This document shows positions 26,732 through 32,000 of a DNA stretch of 32,000 nt, piece after piece; within the stretch, counting starts at the first letter, position 1; each line of letters opens with the position of its first letter. The notes under the pieces are model-generated. The model saw only the letters and a list, made by a program, of their open reading frames with translations, had not been told where the DNA came from and searched no databases. Location: contig NZ_CP060530.1 in the NCBI RefSeq assembly GCF_016806735.1, positions 1 to 32,000 of the forward strand, written 5' to 3'. The stretch is from Candidatus Micrarchaeum sp. (GTDB lineage: Archaea > Micrarchaeota > Micrarchaeia > Micrarchaeales > Micrarchaeaceae). Position numbers and translations under genes: made by a program.

Positions 26732-27892
26732 ATGGCAGATAATGCAACTCCTACAATAATCAAAGGACTTGAAGGAGTCTACTTTACAGAAACAAAAATA
26801 TGCAAGGTTGACGGTTTCAAGGGAAGGCTTTGGTATAGGGGCTATTCTATAGAAAGCCTGGCAAAAAATTCATCTTTTGAGGAGGTTTCGTACCTCATAC
26901 TTTACGGTTCTCTACCTAATGCCGAAGCGCTTTCGGTATTCACCAAGAAGCTCGTATCGTACATGAACCTTGACAGCGGGATAATCGGATTGGTAAAAAT
27001 GCTGAGCCCAAACATGCTCTCCATGGATGTGCTCAGGTCTGCGGTTTCTTCCCTGCCAGCATTTGCAGATAAAAAGGTTTATCAGAGCGAAGCAGAAGAA
27101 AAACTCGAGGAAAGTGCTGAGATAATAGGAAGGATATGCGGCATCGTGGCATTAATGGGACGACTTAAGGCAGGGGGAGAATATGTAGCTCCAGACCAAT
27201 CATTGGGCGTTGCACAGAACATACTTTACATGATGACGGGCAAAATACCAGAGGACAAAGTAGCCAAAATGCTTGACGTCATGATGTTGCTTCATGCAGA
27301 GCACAGCTCCAACGCATCTACGTTTTGCACAATCGTTGCAGGATCGACCCTGGCTGATATATACTCTGCAATCACTGCGGGCATATGCGCATTGAAGGGG
27401 CCATTGCATGGAGGGGCTGACGAAAAAGCCCTTGACATGATGAGAGCAATTGGCAATCCCGACAACACCGAAAAATACATCGAAGAGGCGTTGGACGGAA
27501 AGAAAAGGATAATGGGCTTCGGGCACAGGGTTTACAAGGCTTACGACCCAAGGGCCAAGGTCATAAAATCCTACTTGGAAGACATACAGAACGGCTCTAC
27601 GATGGAAGTGCAAACGCTTACTGCGATAGCCCTGCGAGCCGAAAAGATGATGGTTGAAAAGCTAGGAGAGACGAAGGGGATATGGCCCAATGTCGATTTC
27701 TTTTCCGGACCGGTGTATACTTACATAGGCATACCAAAAGAGCTGTTTACTCCGCTCTTTGCAGCTAGCAGATCCCCGGGATGGTGCGCACATATGCTTG
27801 AGTACTGGCAGGACAACAGGCTGATAAGGCCTTTGGATTATTATAACGGACAACTCGACATACCCTACGTTCCTTTAGACCAAAGAAAATGA
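26732..27892 (+). CDS. gltA: Citrate synthase
   Basis: 386 aa containing LLHAEHSSNASTF, the catalytic His-Gly-Gly block (GPLHGGA), MGFGHRVYKAYDPRA, and NVDFFSG. GGTG lies 7 nt upstream of the ATG. Confidence 0.95.
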   Translation: MADNATPTIIKGLEGVYFTETKICKVDGFKGRLWYRGYSIESLAKNSSFEEVSYLILYGSLPNAEALSVFTKKLVSYMNLDSGIIGLVKMLSPNMLSMDVLRSAVSSLPAFADKKVYQSEAEEKLEESAEIIGRICGIVALMGRLKAGGEYVAPDQSLGVAQNILYMMTGKIPEDKVAKMLDVMMLLHAEHSSNASTFCTIVAGSTLADIYSAITAGICALKGPLHGGADEKALDMMRAIGNPDNTEKYIEEALDGKKRIMGFGHRVYKAYDPRAKVIKSYLEDIQNGSTMEVQTLTAIALRAEKMMVEKLGETKGIWPNVDFFSGPVYTYIGIPKELFTPLFAASRSPGWCAHMLEYWQDNRLIRPLDYYNGQLDIPYVPLDQRK

Positions 27893-27899
27893 TTGCACG

Positions 27900-27954
27900 T
27901 TTGTGATGATACGAGGTATTTCTGACTCGTGATGAGAAGAGAGTCTGCTGAAAC
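27900..27954 (+). ncRNA. Archaeal box C/D sRNA (2'-O-methylation guide)
   Basis: The element layout is:
- C box GTGATGA, 27903-27909
- 12-nt spacer TACGAGGTATTT, 27910-27921
- D' box CTGA, 27922-27925
- 3-nt loop CTC
- C' box GTGATGA, 27929-27935
- 12-nt spacer GAAGAGAGTCTG, 27936-27947
- D box CTGA, 27948-27951

There is only a 2-bp terminal stem (TT/AA). The element starts 11 nt after the gltA stop codon. Confidence 0.85.
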
Positions 27955-28001
27955 TGCAACTGTTGGCGCTTAAAGGATATTACGGCTCGCTTAACGTAGG
28001 C

Positions 28002-28769
28002 TCAAGGCTGGCTTGAGTTAATTATGCTCCTAAGCAGTGACTTTGTCTCTTCGGGCCCTGACGTTGATATGCTTTCTACACCTGTAAGCTTGACCGCATA
28101 GTCGTTTCCGCCTTCGTACAGCGCATCGCCTATGAACACCATTTCCTGCTTGGAATACCCGAATATTTCGGTAATTTTGCTTATTGCATAGGACTTGTCT
28201 ATCCCTGCTTTTGTTATGTCTATTGAAGTTGTGCCGCCGAGCCTTATTTCGAAGCCGTTGAGCAATTTGTCAAGCTGTTGTTTTATGGCCATGCGCTTCT
28301 TCTGGTCAGGATCCCATGCTGATTTAAGCTCTAATGGGGCTTCTTGCCCCAGGGCTGAGAATGTTATCTGCGTGCCACGGTCCTCAAGCTGGTTGCCGTA
28401 GAGCTTTTCTGGATTTTTAAAACCTGCAAGCTCAAGAGCTTTGGGAAAAGCTGAATAGATGAGCTTTTTCTGCTCCTCTGAGAGGTCTTCGGAATAAACC
28501 TTTTGCCATTCCGAAACTGAAAACTTGTAGAATGCAGTCGCATTGGTGGGGAACAGGTAGAGCCTGCTGAGCTTTTCTGCTGGGCATTTAAGGGCTCCTA
28601 TGAGCTGCTTTTGGAACTGTGAGTAAAAACCTCCTCCGACTACTGCCATGGCCTTTATTGAAAGAAGCCTGCAGATTATTTTTGACATTTCTTCGTCCAT
28701 TGGAGCTTTGCTAGGCGCAAGCGTGCCATCGAGGTCAGTAACAACAATTTTTACTTTGGAGTAGTCCAA
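28002..28769 (-). CDS. HAD-IIB hydrolase, phosphomannomutase (eukaryotic PMM)-like
   Basis: TTG start. Motif I is VVTDLDGTLAPSKAPM, followed by AVVGGGFYSQFQKQL. The C-terminal block is FIGDALYEGGNDY, which resembles the PMM-family pattern FGD...GGND. Confidence 0.65.
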   Translation of the reverse strand: MDYSKVKIVVTDLDGTLAPSKAPMDEEMSKIICRLLSIKAMAVVGGGFYSQFQKQLIGALKCPAEKLSRLYLFPTNATAFYKFSVSEWQKVYSEDLSEEQKKLIYSAFPKALELAGFKNPEKLYGNQLEDRGTQITFSALGQEAPLELKSAWDPDQKKRMAIKQQLDKLLNGFEIRLGGTTSIDITKAGIDKSYAISKITEIFGYSKQEMVFIGDALYEGGNDYAVKLTGVESISTSGPEETKSLLRSIINSSQP

Positions 28770-28823
28770 AAAATCACGTTATTTGAATACATGGTTTTGT
28801 TATTTTGTAATTTTTGAACGGGT

Positions 28824-28963
28824 TGGGGTTGCCGGGATTTGAACCCGGACCAGCAGGTTACTTCATATTTAGTCTGCTTTCCAGATCATCATCATTGCCT
28901 TTTGGGCTCATTTCAAGTTAAACATCTGGAGCCTGCTGCGCTGCCAAGTTACGCCACAACCCC
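28824..28963 (-). tRNA. tRNA-Trp(CCA) with a 67-nt canonical-position (37/38) intron
   Basis: The reverse complement reads: GGGGTTG-TG-GCGT-AACTTGGCA-GCGC-A-GCAGG-CTCCAG[67-nt intron]A-CCTGC-TGGT-CCGGG-TTCAAAT-CCCGG-CAACCCC-A. The acceptor, D, anticodon and T stems are all complementary. The mature length is 73 nt. Confidence 0.85.
28859..28925 (-). other. tRNA-Trp intron in a bulge-helix-bulge fold
   Basis: The central helix pairs C32 U33 C34 C35 with intron GAAG (positions 62-65), with one C-A mismatch. The bulges are A36 G37 plus intron A1, and intron U66 A67 plus A38. The outer 7-bp helix is AUGUUUA (1-7) paired with UAAAUAU (55-61). The interior contains AUGAUGAUGA (positions 31-40). 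Confidence 0.7.
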
Positions 28964-28989
28964 GCGCATATTTGTTTTCTCGCAACTCC

Positions 28990-28995
28990 TATAAA
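28990..28995. promoter_or_regulatory. Shared TATA element (TTTATA on the minus strand, TATAAA on the plus strand)
   Basis: It lies 27 nt upstream of the tRNA-Trp 5' end (28963) on the minus strand, with an A-rich BRE-like AAAACA just upstream. On the plus strand it lies 22 nt upstream of the Nudix ATG (29017). Confidence 0.45.
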
Positions 28996-29016
28996 TGTTT
29001 TATGCTAACCATAAGT

Positions 29017-29529
29017 ATGCGCACTGTTTACAAAAACAAGATAATAACGCTGGAAACCTTTAAAGATAAGACAGAGGAGAAGGAGCGTTGCAGGGTAGTT
29101 GAAAAAGACGTTGTAGTTATTCTGGCATTTGTCGATGAAAAAACGATAGTGCTTGAAAGGCATTACAGGGCACCTATAGGGAAATGGATTCTTGAGCTTC
29201 CAGCTGGCCATATTGAAAAGGGAGAAACTCCAAAAGAAGCGGCAAAAAAGGAGCTTTATGAAGAAACAGGATACAGAGCGCAAAATATGAAGCTGCTTTA
29301 CAAAGCTTATGTATCTCCAGGATTGCTCACTACTATGTCATATACTTATTTGGCAACGCGCCTTACAAAACATGAAAAAACAGACATGGGCGAAATGCTA
29401 GAAGTTGAGGAGATAAAGTTTTCTGATACATACAAAATGGTAAAATCGAATAAGATAATTGATAAAAAGACGATATCCGGAATATTATATTATAATGCAT
29501 TTTTCAACAGGAAGGGGCTCACGCTTTAA
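29017..29529 (+). CDS. Nudix hydrolase (ADP-ribose pyrophosphatase-like)
   Basis: The Nudix box is GHIEKGETPKEAAKKELYEETGY. The ORF is open from 28972, but that part would overlap the tRNA-Trp promoter. The ATG at 29017 (MRTVYKNK) is preferred. Confidence 0.8.
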   Translation: MRTVYKNKIITLETFKDKTEEKERCRVVEKDVVVILAFVDEKTIVLERHYRAPIGKWILELPAGHIEKGETPKEAAKKELYEETGYRAQNMKLLYKAYVSPGLLTTMSYTYLATRLTKHEKTDMGEMLEVEEIKFSDTYKMVKSNKIIDKKTISGILYYNAFFNRKGLTL

Positions 29530-29575
29530 ATTCTTTGGCAAAAAATAGGTATGCATAAAACTCCGAAGTGATTGC

Positions 29576-30160
29576 TTGCTTTTCACTATAGAAGCTTATA
29601 AGATAGGCATAAACATATGGGCCTTTGAGGCAGCCAAGGCGCTCGCAAACCCATACCTTAACGTAGTTATGGCATACCTGGCCAAATCGTTCTTTATAGT
29701 GCTGCCAGTTCTTGTGATATATCTTTTGCTGAAGAAGGACATGAACGTCTATTCCTTTGTCGTTGCAGGCATACTTCTTTACGTAATATCTGATGGAATA
29801 AAGATAATAACAAAAGAACCGAGGCCATGCAACGTCCCGTATTTGACTGACGTGTTGCACATAAATTACATATCGTGCCAGAGCAGTTTTTCCTTTCCAA
29901 GCAACCATGCAGGGGTTTTGACAGGGTTAACAATATTCCTTAAAAATTACAAGTATGTCAGGGTATTGTATGTGGTATGGCTGGTGCTCATACTGTTCGG
30001 AAGGATATACCTAGGATTGCATTATCTTACTGACGTAATCGCTGGAGCGGCGCTCAGCATTGTAGTCGCTTACATCATATACAGGTATAGGGATTATATA
30101 AATAAGGCGTTAAATGCCGTAGTGAAGAAAATATTGCCCCCGTTGGCAGTCCAAAAGTGA
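29576..30160 (+). CDS. PAP2-family lipid phosphate phosphatase (undecaprenyl/dolichyl-diphosphatase-like)
   Basis: All three PAP2 motifs are present: KIITKEPRP, SFPSNH, and GRIYLGLHYLTDVIAG. The protein is multi-spanning. The TTG start is preceded by AAGTGA. Confidence 0.8.
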   Translation: MLFTIEAYKIGINIWAFEAAKALANPYLNVVMAYLAKSFFIVLPVLVIYLLLKKDMNVYSFVVAGILLYVISDGIKIITKEPRPCNVPYLTDVLHINYISCQSSFSFPSNHAGVLTGLTIFLKNYKYVRVLYVVWLVLILFGRIYLGLHYLTDVIAGAALSIVVAYIIYRYRDYINKALNAVVKKILPPLAVQK

Positions 30161-30164
30161 TTAT

Positions 30165-31007
30165 GTGGCAAAAGTTAATCTGAGCAAGAAACAGGCATAT
30201 GCAATAATAGGCGTATTGATAGTCATCGTAGCTGTTATAGCACTGTACGAGAATTCTACAAGCAGTGCGGGCAAAGCTGACATAAAGTTTGATAATGTAG
30301 CAGTAAGTAGTTCCTATCTTTCGCAGCTCTACGATGTAGCAACCAATATGACACTTGCCAACAACATAGGAATAGGTACGGCTTCTAGCTATCCCTCTCC
30401 CTCTGGAAGCAACGTAAGTCTTACTTCAGATGGAATGCCTGAAATGCTGTATATAGGTGCTGATTACTGCCCATTTTGCGCCATAACAAGATGGGGAATG
30501 ATTGTTGCCCTAATGAGATTCGGAAACTTCTCTAAGCTTCATTATATGACTTCCAGCGCTACCGACTATGAGCCAAATACTGCAACTTTCACATTTTATA
30601 ATTCGAGCTATTCGAGCAACTATGTGGACTTCCAGGGAGTTGAAACGCTAACGAATACATACAAGCCGCTACAGAATATGACAAATGAGGAAGGAGTGAT
30701 ATTTTCAAGGTTCGATTCCAACAACACCGCAATTCCAGCTGATGAGAGAGACGCAATACCTTTCATAGACTTCGGAAACAAGACCATACAGATAGGAGCA
30801 GAGGTCAGCCCTGCAATAATAAACCCGTATAACTGGAACCAGGTACTTTCGTTCCTTCAGACGAATCCAAACAGCCCAGTTACCCAAGCGATAATTGGCG
30901 AGGCAAACGTTTTCACTGCACAAATATGCAATATTGACGGAAACAAGCCGGCAAGCGTGTGCAACCAGAGATTCGTTAAGACAGTCGATGGGATTACTGG
31001 GGCTTAA
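30165..31007 (+). CDS. Membrane-anchored DUF929-like protein with a CPFC (CxxC) motif
   Basis: GTG start 4 nt after the PAP2 stop. There is an N-terminal signal anchor (AYAIIGVLIVIVAVIALY). The block GADYCPFCAITRWGMIVALMRFGNF resembles, from memory, the DUF929 family of Sulfolobus and Thermoplasma. Several N-x-S/T sequons are present. Confidence 0.6.
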   Translation: MAKVNLSKKQAYAIIGVLIVIVAVIALYENSTSSAGKADIKFDNVAVSSSYLSQLYDVATNMTLANNIGIGTASSYPSPSGSNVSLTSDGMPEMLYIGADYCPFCAITRWGMIVALMRFGNFSKLHYMTSSATDYEPNTATFTFYNSSYSSNYVDFQGVETLTNTYKPLQNMTNEEGVIFSRFDSNNTAIPADERDAIPFIDFGNKTIQIGAEVSPAIINPYNWNQVLSFLQTNPNSPVTQAIIGEANVFTAQICNIDGNKPASVCNQRFVKTVDGITGA

Positions 31008-32000
31008 AGAGCCGATTTCACATATTTGTACATTGCGCTGAGGCGCTTGGCTACCGACCTGTTTAAAGCGATGACATTTTCTTTTTCTTCGATGTCATCC
31101 ATGCGATACAGCTCGCTGGGCCGTTTTCCGTAGAAATGCACAAGCTTGTAGCCATTGCTTATTATAGAATAGGCCTTAGTATTGTACGATAGCTTCGCCT
31201 TGTATATGCGTGCGGCATATTCTGAACGGCGGCGCAGCGCAGAAAGCAGCATCCCATCCCAGCCTTCGCTTATTCCATTGTGCTCGCTTATGACTTGGTT
31301 TTTCTTGTAAGCACCATTAGAACCTGCCATTGAAAGAACCATCCCATGCATGTCTATCAGGCTTGTCGGATCGCTTATGCTGCTTCCATCAGAGACGGGC
31401 TTGCCGTTTTCGAATTTGGATATTATCAACGGCACATTGTTGACTTCCTTGTATGGATATAAGGAATGGTAGAGCATGCCGTGCTCCCCAAAGAATTGCC
31501 CATGGTCCGAAGTAACTATAACGCTCGCATCATCGAGCATTCCGTTGTCCCTGAGAATCCGCAAAGATTTCCCTATCTGCCTGTCCAAGTAAGAAAGCCT
31601 TCTCATATATCCTTCATGGAACTTCTTTGTTATGTCGTTGCTCATCTCAAGTATTCCGCTGAGATAGAGCCATTTGTCCTGTATTATGCTGCTATCCCTT
31701 ACCGGATAGTTTTCGTGGGCTTCTATGCAGTTTATGAACATGAATTGTGGCTTGTAGTTGTATTCCTTTTCCAAGTATGCCTTAAGCGCGTTGTTTGTAT
31801 CTAGAGCGCCGCGATCCATGCGATATGTTCCATCGGCATTTGCAACTCCCGCGGCCATCTTAACTCTGAGGTTCAGGTATAGGCGGTTTAGGAGCGAATC
31901 CGGAATAAAATTGGAAAGGCTGAGCGCAGTCTTGAAAAGAGCTTTGCGCATTGCCTCGCCCTTTATGAAATTCGAAAGGAGCTTGGCCTTCTTTGGGTTA
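31004..32000 (-). CDS. Sulfatase / alkaline-phosphatase-superfamily enzyme, C-terminal part (5' end lies outside the window)
   Basis: It has the block VIVTSDHGQFFGEHGMLYH, typical of sulfatase-family enzymes. The reading frame remains open upstream of the ATG at 31951 all the way to the window edge. The N-terminal catalytic region is therefore probably beyond position 32000. Confidence 0.7.
   Translation of the reverse strand, partial: NPKKAKLLSNFIKGEAMRKALFKTALSLSNFIPDSLLNRLYLNLRVKMAAGVANADGTYRMDRGALDTNNALKAYLEKEYNYKPQFMFINCIEAHENYPVRDSSIIQDKWLYLSGILEMSNDITKKFHEGYMRRLSYLDRQIGKSLRILRDNGMLDDASVIVTSDHGQFFGEHGMLYHSLYPYKEVNNVPLIISKFENGKPVSDGSSISDPTSLIDMHGMVLSMAGSNGAYKKNQVISEHNGISEGWDGMLLSALRRRSEYAARIYKAKLSYNTKAYSIISNGYKLVHFYGKRPSELYRMDDIEEKENVIALNRSVAKRLSAMYKYVKSAL

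Noticed and set aside
27910-27916. TACGAGG in the sRNA D' guide is identical to the core of the TACGAGGA promoter repeats at 5501-5519
   Set aside because: It is same-sense, not complementary. A 7-mer is also expected to recur a few times by chance in 2 x 32 kb, so no functional link is inferred.
28972-29016. Upstream TTG start for the Nudix ORF
   Set aside because: The extension would be translated from the tRNA-Trp promoter/TATA region and adds no conserved residues. The ATG at 29017 is preferred, though this is unproven.
1-32000. Searched for CRISPR repeats, IS elements/transposases, integrases, prophage genes, toxin-antitoxin pairs and defence-system ATPases/nucleases
   Set aside because: No periodic repeat arrays, terminal inverted repeats or recognisable mobile or defence gene motifs were seen. 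Every large ORF has a housekeeping, transport or envelope assignment, apart from the two orphans reported above.

Overview
This is a gene-dense archaeal chromosomal segment made up mostly of housekeeping genes. The archaeal assignment rests on BHB-type tRNA introns, a box C/D sRNA, archaeal-type ProRS, a PAC2 proteasome chaperone, a Sec11-type signal peptidase, and TATA-like promoters together with GGTG Shine-Dalgarno motifs. The codon style (AGG/AGA Arg, ATA Ile) and gene content loosely resemble acidophilic Thermoplasmata- or DPANN-like lineages, but taxonomy cannot be settled from this window.

Gene order:
- smc, then signal peptidase
- tRNA-Leu(UAA) and a PAC2 chaperone
- a small, very basic tandem-repeat protein
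- DUF192 and P5C dehydrogenase
- a complete SUF operon in the order sufB-sufD-HTH regulator-sufC-sufS-sufU
- a long minus-strand run: orphan acidic protein, MFS, proline dehydrogenase, proS, tRNA-Gln, HAD, EamA, alaX
- NAD kinase
- thrC-like, mqo and acnA, divergent from citrate synthase
- a box C/D sRNA immediately 3' of citrate synthase
- a PMM-like HAD-IIB hydrolase and an intron-containing tRNA-Trp
- Nudix, PAP2, a DUF929-like CxxC protein, and a sulfatase-family gene cut by the window edge

I saw no CRISPR array, transposase, integrase, toxin-antitoxin or defence-island signature, so I cannot point to a clearly novel multi-gene system.

The most interesting items are RNA-level: a textbook box C/D sRNA not captured by any ORF, a non-canonical D-loop intron in tRNA-Leu, and a tRNA-Trp intron with a possible Cm34 guide. 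A few protein or regulatory oddities also stand out: a Cys-rich HTH gene embedded in the suf operon with a candidate operator, a basic repeat protein, an expanded signal peptidase, and an AlaX with an altered Zn ligand.

Many genes use TTG or GTG starts, and several convergent gene pairs overlap at their stop codons.
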